From Bigelowiella natans CCMP2755 (Eukaryota > Protista > Cercozoa): DNA of 64,000 nucleotides. A program made the position numbers and the translations under genes. Under the pieces are notes generated by a model. It was not told where the DNA came from. It saw only the letters and a list, made by a program, of their open reading frames with translations, and ran no database searches. Within the stretch, counting starts at the first letter, position 1. Every line of letters begins with the position of its first letter. Of this stretch, positions 14,519 to 28,308 are shown in pieces. The stretch is from contig ADNK01002595.1 in assembly GCA_000320545.1 (NCBI GenBank), positions 62,001 to 126,000 on the forward strand. The letters run 5' to 3'.

Positions 14519-14720
14519 CGGCTTCATGATCCAATAAGTCTTTGTTTGTGATCGTTTCGTAGGTGGGGTACTTCTATCGCCATGGAATTGGAGTGAAGAG
14601 AGACGATTTCATGGCTGTGGAATGGTACAACAACCGCGACAACAACGAGGAAGACGATGATGGTTGCGATGATGATATGATGATGATGCTACGGTAGGAT
14701 TTGCGATAGCGTTGGTGGAA

Positions 14721-14757
<37 letters not shown>

Positions 14758-15042
14758 TGCTTCTATCATCCAGGTATACACGCGCTGCAGAAGCAGGACA
14801 TTCTGTGGCGCAGTATAATTTGGGACTTCGATTCTTGGACGGAAAAGGTACAGTTGTTTTCTTCAAATCTGCTATAAATCTGCTAAATTATAGAGTCTTG
14901 ATATAGGGTTGCGTGAGCCGAATCGCGAGAAAGCAGTTTATTGGTTGAAAAGAGCGGCCTTGCAGAAGGTAAGATGTGCTTCTAGATCAATTGACAACGT
15001 ATATTATATATGCATATATAAATATATATAATTATCTATTTA

Positions 15043-15074
<32 letters not shown>

Positions 15075-15193
15075 CACGTCTTCTTATTATGGAGGGACGG
15101 GTTTTATTTTAGCCCAATTATCATGAATTGTGCAACTTTTAGGATAAAGACGCTTGCAAGAAGCTCCTCAAAATGGGAATAGTAATCTCATGA
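9377..15193 (+). CDS. U-box E3 ubiquitin ligase domain + ankyrin repeats + C-terminal Sel1-like repeats; multi-exon
   Basis: U-box: YRCAITQLIMENPAVAA-DGFCYEWNEIERWLRTHDR-SPMTNMALPHKFLNPNRSLKTQIQEY. Ankyrin: LLHFAARCG, ETPLHSVL, GLTVLHLAA, GCTALHLSVEAGNKHAVEMLLE, GRTAFD. Sel1: YHLAICYENGFGIRKDMSKAFKWYEMAA, VGYFYRHGIGVKRD, AEAGHSVAQYNLG. Probable stop at 15191-15193. Confidence 0.85.
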
Positions 15194-16200
15194 GCAGCTC
15201 GCATTATGGCAATTTTAACCGCAACTAGCATTATTCATGGAGGGATGTATACTGTGACATATAAGTCTCGCATATCTGCGTATAAAGTTCATCTATGTGC
15301 ATACAACCTTTGTGTCTGGTGACCTTAAGGAAAAAAAACCTTCTTTCAATATATATTCGCGAGCTCACGACGATTGGTTTTCATTTGAAATGCTGAATGA
15401 TGGCAGCATCGTGGCTGTGCTGCCTAAAATTAGAGTCAATGGTTCGTATGCACAGCCAAACTCTCTCAGAGCATCTACTGCCAAGATGAGAGCCTTGTGC
15501 AAGGAGCTGGCGTGTGTGATGAACTGCACTTGTGCGAGCTGTGTTGTGTCATTGTGGTGCATGGATGTCACCACCTGCTGTGGATCATCGGCACATTGTC
15601 AAGAAATATTCACTGACATTGCCGTGCAATTTAAACTCTTCCTGGGACATGTGCCGCAAATGCACATTTACTGCTATACTGCTGTATCAACATTTTTGCA
15701 AATTTCACATTGTACGCACATTAGCGAAGCGCCTGCATGGCTAATGTCACAGCGATACGCGAGATTCATGTACTAACGATGCGAAAAGCAAAGGAAATGA
15801 TGAGTGAGCATGCATGCACAGCTAGCGCTTCAAGATCTAAAGAGCTACGTGCAACTAGATGTATTATCTTGCTGCTGTTCGATTCCCGCTTATTATACGG
15901 TTGCTGCGGCAGCAAGCACAGGTATGCGGAATTATAGTACTATTGATGTTCATACAATAGCGGCATCGTGCAAAGAAGATGTAATAGTATTTGTTCCTCT
16001 GATTTTATATTGATTTTCCTAGAGCTTCTTAAGCAAAGTGGGGTAGTTTTCTAGAACCTGAACCAAAGTATTAAAGTATAAATCTAGTGCATAACTGTTA
16101 ATTATCTACACCTCTGTGTACAGTCATAATGCAACATAGAAATGTCTGTTGGTGTTCTGCATGATTTCAATCGCATATCCATAAAAACATAGGGCAAACA

Positions 16201-16736
16201 TCACCGACACGATAACTTATGTAATGAACCCTCTCTCCGCACCTCTTCTGCAATCTGCACTGCATTCAATGCCGCACCCTTCCGGATTTGGTCTCCGGCG
16301 ACGAAAAACTATGTGGGGGAAGTAAGGGGCATAGGACAAGGGGGTGGGTTAAATTGGATAAGTGGAAAGGGGGAGATAATGATGAGATCCATACTACTTT
16401 TCACTTCTACTATCTATCATCACGTAGTAGTACCTCGAGACCATAGCCCTCAGGCTGGCTCAAGTCTCTTCGCATTCGTCCAACCAAAATGTCATCCTTT
16501 CCTGTTGTTTCCAAACAATCAGTTACAACGCAGCAGCAAAAGGAGAATAGGAGAATCAGAGAATACATCAATGAATATGTCAAGGTCGATGCATATGAAG
16601 ATGTAATTATTCACACTCTTGTATTATATGCATATGTGAGTGCGTATGTTGTTGTTTGATCATACTAAAGTTACCGGAAGCATCGAGAGGTTCAGGGAAC
16701 TTGTTATTCTCTCTACACACACACACACGAAGAGAG

Positions 16737-16781
<45 letters not shown>

Positions 16782-17087
16782 CTCAGAATCACAAACGCAT
16801 TAACCTATTAATACAAAAGATAAACAAAGCATTTCACAAAAATATTTAGTTACACAAAATTAACACCTGTCATCAACGACAGTAACTCCAGGAGACTTTG
16901 AAAGGATCTCGAGTGCCTATGTACATAGTTCATCTTCATCATCATCATCATCATCATCATCTCATTATCATAATCACCACTCATCATCCTAATCAGCCAA
17001 ACACCACCTCATCTTCGTGCATTGGTGACTCAAGCGTGACATTGATCGCCTCACAGTGAGCTCGAAGCACTAAATAAACAATGGGCG

Positions 17088-17127
<40 letters not shown>

Positions 17128-17134
17128 AGGAGAA

Positions 17135-17176
<42 letters not shown>

Positions 17177-17529
17177 ACTACTATCTATAGATTTAAAGAA
17201 ATATATGTCTATCTATATTAAATATATGTATCTACAACAAACCATACTAGCATTGACACCGATGGTGACAATTGGAAAGTCGCAACTACTTGTGCTGCAC
17301 GTTCCCTCCTCCTCCTCCTCTTATTCTCCTTTATTCTATTGAACTACTCACTGCATCATCTACATCTCTATCTAGCAAGATACCAGGAACTCGGATACAC
17401 GTCGCCGTAACAGCAATGTCAGGGGCTGAGAAGATCTTCTTTGTCTCCTTCACCATCTTCATTTCCTCTTCGTTATATCCTATACGCATTGTATGTGGCC
17501 GTTGTGTTTAAATATTATATTTATATAAA

Positions 17530-17587
<58 letters not shown>

Positions 17588-18055
17588 ATGTGTGAAGTAC
17601 AAATATTTTATATTGAAGCAGCCACCTGTTTCTTCGATCGGGGAATTATGCGAAAATAGGTTCCAAATGTACCTAATGAGAGGGGGCAGGGATCATAAAC
17701 ATTTAGCTAATATGGCCCGAGCATAGACGATAATATGGGGGAATGAATAAGGATTAACTGTCTGCCAAAGATGTCCTGTGTGATAGGATCTCCCGCTACC
17801 CAATCCTAGTTAACGTCATCCACACAAACAAGCAAACTAAACAACATACACACACGGGATAATAATGACTTGCATGCCCCATGTATGCACTCGCACAATG
17901 TATACGACGAGGAGGAGGAGGAGGAGGAAGATGATGATGATGATGGGGAGGGAAGTGAATGCATAGAAACCTATACCTTCTCTACCTAAACACAACAAAG
18001 AATATCATGATGCTATTACACCTTAGCTTGTTGTTCAAGCTCAGCCATTGCCTAA

Positions 18056-18088
<33 letters not shown>

Positions 18089-18862
18089 CAATGTGTTATA
18101 TGCTGCCTAGCTGCATTATTGAGCACAGAACTCGGTTTAGGATAGAAAGGGATGATGTCAATACCTGCGCTCCGGCACCACTTGCAGCCTTGTAGTATTA
18201 TCGGATTGCGAAAAGGATGATCGAGAAATTTGTAGATGAAAAACCCACAAGAATAACACCGATAAAATCAATAAAACGTTGAAGCAGATAATAGTGATCA
18301 TCATAGGGATGAATCCATACCCCCCCCCCCCCCCCGCCTCTCCCCCTCTCAAAGCAGCACCGTCTCTAATTCACCTGGTACGTAGATACGACGACACGCT
18401 TACAGTTGGCTTTCTAGAAGTATAAGGGGGGGGGGGGGCGGGACAAAGGCAGTATTACGAGGAGGAAGATGATGATAATATCGTTAATATTCTAAAGGAG
18501 AGAAAGAGAGAGAGGAGGAAAAGCAGCAGCCTCTTCCTCGGTCTTATCACCTGGTGTAGTGGCCACACAACAGTGTTCATAATGATGGTGGAACAGTTCG
18601 GGTTGGCGATGATCATAGAGTCCTCCTATAGGGTGGTATATGATAGCATTCTTAAAAGGTATGCCTGCTGCTGCGTTATGTTTCACTTAAGAGGAAGACG
18701 AAGAAGAAGAAGAAGAAGAAGAAGAAGGAAAAACTTACTGCATCAGGAATAGCCTCTGCGTTCACCTCTGATTTGTGTATAATTATCGACTTATAAACAT
18801 CTTGTGAGAGTAGGAGAAATACGCATTAATGGACATGTATTTAAACTTAGTGCACACACACA

Positions 18863-18893
<31 letters not shown>

Positions 18894-19554
18894 GAACATT
18901 ATTAAGCTATGCATCATACGCTGGTCGCCGTTTCCTTTTCGGTGAATATTCTACGCATAACCGGTGTTATCATTATTGTTTACCAGGGACAACAAGCGGG
19001 CACTTGGGGTCCATTCGAAACGCAGATGAGTTGTCAATCACCTGAGTTGATAACATACATCACAGCTGTTATCGTTTATTCTTATCCCATGATACGCACA
19101 AACTACCAGCTACGAACATGCTCCTATCTAAGACTGCGCTGAGGAGCTTAGAAGCGCTCTCATTTACGTCTTTTTTCTTCTGATCGTCTTCTCTCCCTTT
19201 TCTATGACTCCTTCTGTTGTTCTAATCCTTGCTGCTTATGTTGGCGCTTCATTACCAAGCAACCCGCTTTTCCTGCAGCCGGCCCGAATTCCTTTGACTA
19301 ATAAATGGATAGTGATAGATGGTGGAATAACAATGATGATAGTAGATGATGATGATAATCAATGATCATCGATTTTAGATGAAGGGCCATTTAGTACGTC
19401 ACATGCACATGCACACACAAAATTATAGGTACATCAAATACACATATGCAGAGCTTACCTGAGATCCTCCAGCACTAAAGAAAGCAATATCAACGTCGCT
19501 GAATGAGTCTTGATAAAGGCGGGATAAGAAGAACACGGTCATCAATACGATTGC

Positions 19555-19591
<37 letters not shown>

Positions 19592-20424
19592 TATATACAT
19601 GCTTGTAGATCCAGAAAAGAGGGGGGGGGGGGGGGAAGGAGAGAACATGGCAAATATAAGTGAAAATAGCGTATCATCACCTTCTGTAAGCTCCTCGACG
19701 GTCAAGTTCTCTCCTTTAAATGGAATCTGAGCATCAAATCGGTCAGACCCAAGTAGTCCGCGATCGATAATAACAAAGATAGCACATGGCGGTGTTTGAA
19801 CACGCGACAAAGGGAGATGTGACGTTCATCACGGCTCTTTTTACTTGTTTTCCCGCCGATCTGGCAGATGCGAGTAATTTCAAATTTTTCAGGGGAAATT
19901 TGCGCTCATCCAACAACTCCAAGAGTTCCTACATGTGATTGGAATGGTACTACATTAGATTGATATATGTCCCTTCCAGGTATTGAATGTCAAGAATCAT
20001 GCCCATAACAAGTAAGATTATGCTGTTGGTAACGGTGTACAATCCATAAATTTACGATTTACGACTTTTTGGTGGCGTTTCATAGTCTTAAAGGTTTCAG
20101 CTTGCCAGTGTGTAAACGCACCTGGCCGACAGCGCCTGTAGCTCCAGCAATAGCGACAGTGACTGAGTGGTAGCACACATGATTAGATGATGCTTCTATC
20201 TTGTTCATTCTTACATTTTTATCAAGAATCTGTAATTCTTTTACCAGGAGCTGTAGAGAAGGCACGTTGCTGTGAAAGAAGCACGGACTGAGAACACAAA
20301 CAACTGCACATCAACACATTGAATGCCGGCCGTAAAACTGCGAATGAAATCACAAAAAATACTCTACAAGGTTGTGTTTTGGGATCGATCGTAGCGTCTT
20401 TGCGAGAGATGGAGTACGAAGCAT
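16201..20424 (-). CDS. asd: Aspartate-semialdehyde dehydrogenase; multi-exon
   Basis: Exons encode [33 protein letters not shown], catalytic [65 protein letters not shown] and [20 protein letters not shown] at 20424; last-exon boundary uncertain. Confidence 0.95.
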
Positions 20425-21119
20425 CGTGAATGATAAAAAAGGGGGGGGGTCGCAGAGAAGCGGCGCGGTAGGGTATCGGTCTCTCGTTTGGCTATGATAG
20501 TAAGCGCTAGCTTCCTTTCCTTAATCCTCATACATATATAAAGAACGCAGGACATTTCATTGAAAAAGTTCGCCAAAGTGCGAGGAATTTTCAAAAACGA
20601 TCACGCAGTGCAACCTCGGAAGATTCTGGGAAGGCTGAATCTTCAATTACCCTGCAAACATCGTGCTTTTTCTTTCCCACCAAATTATAGGCTCTTGTCG
20701 CGCTAGTGGATGCGTCGCTGCCACGTGTCAGCAAACTTACACAGTTGGAAGATGCGACTATATATATTACATGTCGTAAAGTAAAAATTTAGATCATTTA
20801 ACAACAAATTGTAACATCCAGACAGTTTGCGTCTACGTCAACAAATTTGTGATGTCGCACGTGTATCATCTAGCAAATCGGAAAGAACAAAAGTGTCCGA
20901 AACTGATCTAGATTCATAGATCGTAAGAGTACGAAGCCGGCGTTTCGTTCCGTAACTGTCGTAGACCAATCGCAAATTCTCTATTGCTGTATTAATAATT
21001 AGACAAATTTCCAAGCCAAGTTTGACCATCAGATGATAGATTCCCAAATTTTCAACCAAGCGTCGCTCCCCTCTTCCTGGTAATAAGCACCTGTCTGGGC
21101 TCGGGTGAGGGGGGGTGCG

Positions 21120-23305
21120 ATGGAGGGCGTATTAGGCGACTTGGAACCGCTCGAAAGGCTCAGCAAGCTGCTTAGCGAGTTTGAAGGTCTGAGCATTTTT
21201 TTCCTGCATCCCCCTTTTTGACAATACGGTACACTCTATCTATCCAAGACGAAGTTAATTCACAATGCCATTAAGATAATGCCTCTGAGCAATGCAATGG
21301 TGATGGTGCAGGCTATTCAGTATTGCGATTCCACTGGAAGCGGCTTCTTGGCCGTATAAAGGGCATTAAAGTTCAGCCTAAGGACTATGAGAGCGTCCAG
21401 AATGAAATATATGGAGTCCTCGAGGAGGTTAGCAAAATGATCCGGATTCACAAAATCTAAAGTTACAACATGCCATGATTGAACAATGTTTTCGATTCTC
21501 TATCACGCCCCGTTCCTTTCTCCCCTCCACCCGATTTAACCCAGCACCGTCATCCACATTTGATATGCATGTCCGACACCCCCCCCCCCCCCCCACACAC
21601 ACATCTCTATATATGTGTGTGTGTGTTTACACATATATGCTTTTATAAAATGTGCAGAGTATTCTAGTATGGAAGAAGTTGAAGGATCCAGATGAGGTTG
21701 TTAAACAGTCTATATGCACTATAACGAATGCATATCCCTCGAGTGGTTATTGAGCCGATGGTGTAATGGCGCCATTGTTGGATATCTAGTGACTCTGTTT
21801 TTACAACTGCGTCGTAAATCATAATCCGTTCTATTTGTATTCCCTTCGACTTTTAATCGAAGTGGCTGCTACCCCAAGAACATACACCAAACTCACACAA
21901 CCTTTAGCGGAAATGGGAAGGAGTACGGAGGGACAACATCCCGGATTCGAAGGTAGAGGGCGACGAGACAAATACAGACGGCAAGGATAATGAGCCTCAT
22001 GCAGAGATAGGAAGGAATGAAGAGGTACAAAAGAATTAAAAATGCGTAAAGTTGAAAAGAAATCGACTTTTGCCAGTACATAACAAATTCAATTATTTAT
22101 ACTTCTCTACTTCAATACGCACTTGCTTTAGATCGATCCAGTGTCAGATCAGGACAGGATGATAGTTGAAATTGAATACACGGAGTTGAAGGTGATTACA
22201 CCTCGCAGTGATGGGGAGAGGAGCTGTAGCGTGGAGAGAAATATAATTTTCATGTATTCTAAGCTTTGATATTCGGATTGGCACCATTTCTAATGATCCT
22301 AACCATCATTGGGGTGTACCATTTTTTTATTGGTAGTTGCACAGGATACTATACACGAGGCCAGAAGAGTTTTTCAGCGTCGGAAAATTCCAGAGAAAAG
22401 TAATGCATTCTTCTACTTCAGAGCTTGTTATCCCTCTTCCTCAATAGAGTCGTGACTGTTTTGCATCCACCTCAGGTTATCTCCGAGTTTCCTAATCCGG
22501 AGGCGAAGATGCCAATCTATGGAAGTCAGTACTGTAACTGTTGTTTTGCACCGTTGCTGGGATATCTACTGCCAGTATGATTGAGCAGACCGATGATGCC
22601 AAATAATAGTACAACGATTGATAACTTGACCGACAACTCAGGTCGTAACAACTTTCATGCTGTGCTGTTCTGGGCAAGGCATTTCGGTGTGCGCGACATA
22701 GTGGATACAGACACCCTATCACTCAGTTTGCACCTAGAGCTGCTCACCCAGACTAGCAGCGACAGCTTCTCGGCGGGGGAAGGCACATTCGAGGCCATTG
22801 CTGACAACAATAACCCTGTTGCTGTGGACGAATGGCAAAGAAAGAAAAACCCTGTATCGGTTCATCCGTCTATATTAAAAAGGATGGTTGAGTCACTCCA
22901 TCCAAAGGGCTTTCGAGTTAAGAACGCTGGAGTCAGGTTACCTTACAGGGCGGAGTTCGGTGTCGGCAAGATCCACATATCGCTTGCACAGTGGGTAGCG
23001 TTGACCAAGCTCTTCAATCCGAATCCGTAAGTCGCTGACCTTCTTCATCACAGTTTGATTACTTTGCGTATATTCTACATGTTATGATTGTAAACCCCCA
23101 ACCCCCCCCCACTTCTACTTCTCCAATGATACTGTCTAGCTACTGGAACATCGTTTCGATGGTGGAGTGTATGTCGGATGTAGTCGATATGAACGGCACG
23201 CGCTATCCATGGGTTTTTCTCTCCGGTATGAGTCAGAACGACCTCAACGCCATCCTGCGTAAGCATCGTTACTACTGTGCGGCCACACTCTCCTCAAGAT
23301 GGTGA
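21120..23305 (+). CDS. Hypothetical protein; multi-exon, no recognised domain
   Basis: ATG at 21120 (MEGVLGDLEPLERLSKLLSEFE) followed by GT-AG-bounded, non-repetitive open segments, including about 22590-23027 and a terminal exon ending TGA at 23305. Confidence 0.6.
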
Positions 23306-23542
23306 TGATACCTTTTCTTTAAGATCAATAGAAGAGAGTCCCATTTATGTGAAGGGCATTTTCAGCAGAGGGGTTATTAGGTTTTTTTTATAAAAAAACA
23401 CTCCCATTATGTGCGCTCAGCATTCCTACAAACTCGTGTAGTAGCGTTAAAAAAACAAGATCAAGTTTCAACAACATCATCAATCCTAGTCGTCGGCATA
23501 ATCACCATCACCATCATCAACAACAACAACAACAACAGCACC

Positions 23543-23892
23543 ATGAAACCACCAAACCGCTATCATATTTTTTTGTCACGATGCCTCTTCTGTCAATTAT
23601 CGTTCTTATCAGTGCAAACATTGTGATACGGACACCTCATGGAATTCAAAACACCAAAGGAGAGTCATCATCCACTGTTCTTGACCTGCGAGACACTGTC
23701 GATTTGAAGCAGGAAAGTGTTCGTCAGAAGTTAGTCGCGTCTCTATCCACCGTCCATCGTAAATTCCAAGAGTCTACTACCGACCTTAAAAAGTAAGTAG
23801 CGTGTTAAAGTCACCCCCCGCCCTCTCCCCCTCTTTTTCTCTCTCTCTTCACCAATCTTTAAACATGTGCACACACACAAAATGTGTGTGTG

Positions 23893-23934
<42 letters not shown>

Positions 23935-24436
23935 TTATTTATACAGCGTTCGCAAACATGTACTACGTGTGCTCTCATTACCTCCCTCTAATCAGATCAA
24001 ATAGTATTACATTATTAACATCGAATTATTCTTTGCTGCGAAAGGGACAAAACCTTCTCGATTACGGACTTGATCCGGCAGCAAGAGATGCTTAAAGTTG
24101 ACGGAATAGAATGGCAAAAACCGCTAAATGGCCTCGACGAGTGGCAAAAGCCTTCCTATAGACCGTCGTCGCGTGCCAACTCACTTCCCGATGAAATGTC
24201 AAGTAAGTACTAGGAAGGGAAAATCTTCAAAGAAATAAGAAGTCCCCTTATTGTGTCTGGTGTGCGCTTGTTGATAATTTTTGACGACATACATAGGCAG
24301 CGTAACGCAATTCCACATATCTCCTCGTAGCCAGCAACTTCTGAGGATAAATACCAATGGACGCCACAGTCGCCCCACCTCCAGCGGGTACACTGCAGTA
24401 GTTTAAGTCTGTGTGTCTGTGTGTGTGCATGTGCGC

Positions 24437-24467
<31 letters not shown>

Positions 24468-25216
24468 AAATTTTGAGATAACATCAAACATTTAATTAAC
24501 GTTGGAACGTTGGTTTCGTGGTGTGTGTTGTGTGTGTGTTGTTTACGCACTTAAGGGGTGCCACCGAAAGCCGCCATCACTTCTTCAAGAGGGTTCCCAG
24601 CTCCAAGGTCGAGAGTGGAGATGAGACGCTTCTTGATAGCCTTGAAAACACAATTCTCGGGCTATTTTCGCGCTATCACCGTGTGGCCAACGAGTGTGAA
24701 GCTGCGGAGAATGAGCTGTCCGGGTGCCACGATAATGCAGAACGTCTAGACCTCCACCTGAAGGCGCTTCGAAAGCGAAGGGACGCTACTGATAAGAGGG
24801 TCTCTCTCCCCCCCCTGTCCTAACCTATTATTTCTCCTACCCTTAACACGTACAAACGTAGATCAACATTATCAGCTCCAACATAATAATACCGCAACTA
24901 CGACTCCTCTTCTATCATCACTATTATTACGTGTTGTAGGTAACCGAGGCCTTTGGGCGGTTTTCGCAATCACAAGAAGAGCTCAGGATAGCGGAGGGAC
25001 GCGTTGAAACCTCACGTGCGGCTGTTTTAGCCGCCGCAGAGCGAATTCAAGAAACCAAGATGAAGCGAACCAGAATTTCAAACGTATGTAGGAACAATTG
25101 CAGCATCAGTATCATTATATGACTACGCCGTGTCAATATTTGGACGCCAGAATCTGCTTCTTTATTCTACTGATATTATTATTCCTTCTAATCTCTTTCT
25201 TGATGCACCAAGCAAG

Positions 25217-25253
<37 letters not shown>

Positions 25254-25901
25254 TTTACATATGTAACATTCATAAGGTCACGGAGAAAATGCGGCAGGAG
25301 TTGGAGCAAGCGAGGCGTAGTGCACAAAGGGCACGTGCTGCTGCTGCGCGTGTACGTATTGTGAAGCGGCAAAGGTCTAATCTCACCATGCAGCTGGAGG
25401 AAATCAAAGTCCAATTAAAGAAGTACCGGGGGGAGAGCAAAATGGCGGTTGTACGGAGTAAAAGGGCACTTCCAGCTCAGAGCAGCGGCGTTGTATCACC
25501 CCCTTCACATGCATTTAATCAATCCCCAGCAGCTTCGCGCTTGCATTCAGGACGATCTCCACGGGAGAAACACTCTCCAGGAGTAAATAGCAACAATAGC
25601 CATCGCATGCAAGAACTTATTGAGATGCAGAGCATACAGGAAGGTACAGTGCATGCTGATAATGATCACAAAAATGTAATGATAGTAGTAACAATGGGAG
25701 GCGCTGGTGAATGTAAGAGATGGGATCTTGCAATGCTTCCTTCCGTTGATTCACATCCATTTCGTTTCCCTTAATGCCGTGGAACAAGTCCAAGGAAAGA
25801 GCAGACACACTCTCAATAGAGAGGGGAAGAGAGGGTGAATAGGGGGGCGAAAGGGGGGGGGTAAGTAATGCCCTTTCCATCGATATACACTGACACACAC
25901 A

Positions 25902-25940
<39 letters not shown>

Positions 25941-26609
25941 TCACATACACTGAAACAGAGGACGAGATGACGCCTCGCGACTCTGATTTTGTCGCTTCCA
26001 TCAAGAAAAATCTGAAAGATCACGAGCAAGTTCATGAAGAGGTGATGGAGAAAGCTCAGCAGGCAGAACGTGAATGGGCGGAGATTGTCAAATCAGCCAG
26101 GGCCTCGCCTCAGAACAAGAACCCCATTATCAGCAATCGTAATGAGGACGGTGATGACAATAAGCATGATCCAGAAGAAGAAGCAGCGACAGTGAGATCT
26201 CGTCTTCCTCCTGCATTGACGGTTCTCACGGACGGAGAAGAGAGCAAGAAAGAAACAACAAGAACTGCTTTGACAGAAAAGAAAATAACGGTTAGCGAGG
26301 AAGATGGATTGGAGAATTCCGAGAATGACTCTGATGACCCTGTCGTCAGCTTCTATCTCGAGAAGGCAAAGGGCAATGAATCGTACGAATACTTCATCTT
26401 TTCTTCTCTCGCTCTTTCAAATTCTTGCTAACGAAACGAAATCCCTCGAGCCCAATACCCAAATTTGCTATGCTTTCTATGATACCAGGTACATGCAGCA
26501 GCTCTCTCAGAGGCTTCATCGCACGGAGGCAAAGACCAAAGAGCAACAGAAGCGATTGGCTCAGGATGTTCAATCACTTGAGTCGAAGCTGAAAGAGCTC
26601 GAGTAGCTG

Positions 26610-26648
<39 letters not shown>

Positions 26649-27391
26649 TATGTGTGTGTGTGTTGTGTGCACCGTCATAATTAGCATCATGATATTGTAA
26701 TCATCCCTTCCTCTTCAGGTCTAAATTGATGGATGATACGACTCAGCGAGACAGCGTCTCTTCGCTCAAGCAGAAAGCTCACGATGATGCTCGTGAATCT
26801 GCGGATGAGATAAAACGTATTCAGGTCTCCATTGTAGAGCACCAGCTGCGCAAGAAGGCCAACGAAGAATCCCTAACCAAAGCAAAAAAGAAAACCAGGA
26901 CCTTGCAAAGGGCGCGACAAGTAGCATTGCAACTCTGCAACGAATGCGTGGATCAACTCTCTGTGACAACGGTGCGAGTATTTAATGACGCGTGTGGGGT
27001 ACGTTCTTTCGCTAGCTTATCTACTACTGTCGGTTAGTTTTCTTACACAAAATAGAGAGAGAAATGGAGATGCAGGTTTCTGGTCGCTGCTTTTACTTCA
27101 TATTATCATACTTCACTATTGTCTAATTATCCTACTATTCTATTCTTTTACATAATTTCCCCCTCAGGATTTCCAATCTCTCTCCTCCTCTTCCTCCTCC
27201 TCCCAAGACGTTGTGCGTGTATGCTCCGTGTTTTTATCGCTGATATCGCAGTTGCTGGCCTTGTCACCAGATAGTAGCTATAGACAATTTCTGCAAAAGT
27301 TTCTTACATACAAACGATGCGATCTTTCTCTCCTCCCACTCCTCACGCCAAAGAACATCGAACGGTAGTACTCATATTCAACACCTAATAC

Positions 27392-27431
<40 letters not shown>

Positions 27432-28274
27432 CCAAACGGTATTATACTAAGAAGAAACACCGTCTGCTATGGTGTAGCTACAACTTCTGCTTTCCGAGCT
27501 CAACTTTAGCTCACGAGGCGGCAACCAAAGCTCTTGATCACCGCTCTTGGCTGATATTTCTGGGGAAGCTCTCTCTCATCGATAATTGCTCTGTCTTCCA
27601 TTGTCTGGAGAAGAGCTATTTTGGCGAACAGCGTAGAGACGGTGTTGATTTGTATGGCGACGGAGATGCAGATGATGATCATCCTGTAGTAAAGGTTAGG
27701 GAAATCAAGGACTCGCCTATCGTACGTGCAATCTTTGAGTACTACCGGAAAATGAGTCGTCTGAAAAGAACAACAACTCGCAGTTGTTTATTTGAGTGGT
27801 AGAAGTGAGAAGGGGGTAGAGATGTGGAACTAATTATGCACCCCCCCCCCCTCCCCCTTCCCCTCTCTCTCCCCTCTCCCCCTTCTTCTTCCCGTAAAAC
27901 ACCGCCATTTCCTCTTTTTATCTCTCAGGAAAAAGTCGGCGACATCAGGCGGCAAGAAGTCGGTGTCAGGGGGAAGGGTGGGTTGGGTGTCAAAGCTGAT
28001 TGGTATTAGTAGCAACCGTGAAACGGTACGATCTGACCCTCACAAACAGCTCGAAATGAACCTACGGGAGCTTATTACTGTTCTCCTGTGTATGACGAGG
28101 GGCCTTGGCGAACGAAACATGTATTATTATTTGCTGCCCAGAGTGCTTGAGCAGCTTTCGATAGTCGTTTCTCCTGCTTCCCCCAACCAAAGTCTCTTCA
28201 TGTGTGCTGGTGGTGGTGGTGCTAGATGGTGATTGTGCGGGAAGTAAATGAATGCCACAACCCTGAGGGATATA

Positions 28275-28308
<34 letters not shown>

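Noticed and set aside
27250-27365. SAM-domain-like reading LLALSPDSSYRQFLQKFLTYKRCDLSLLPLLTPKNIER
   Set aside because: Its splice phase does not join the next open exon while an alternative frame does, so it cannot be supported without cDNA.
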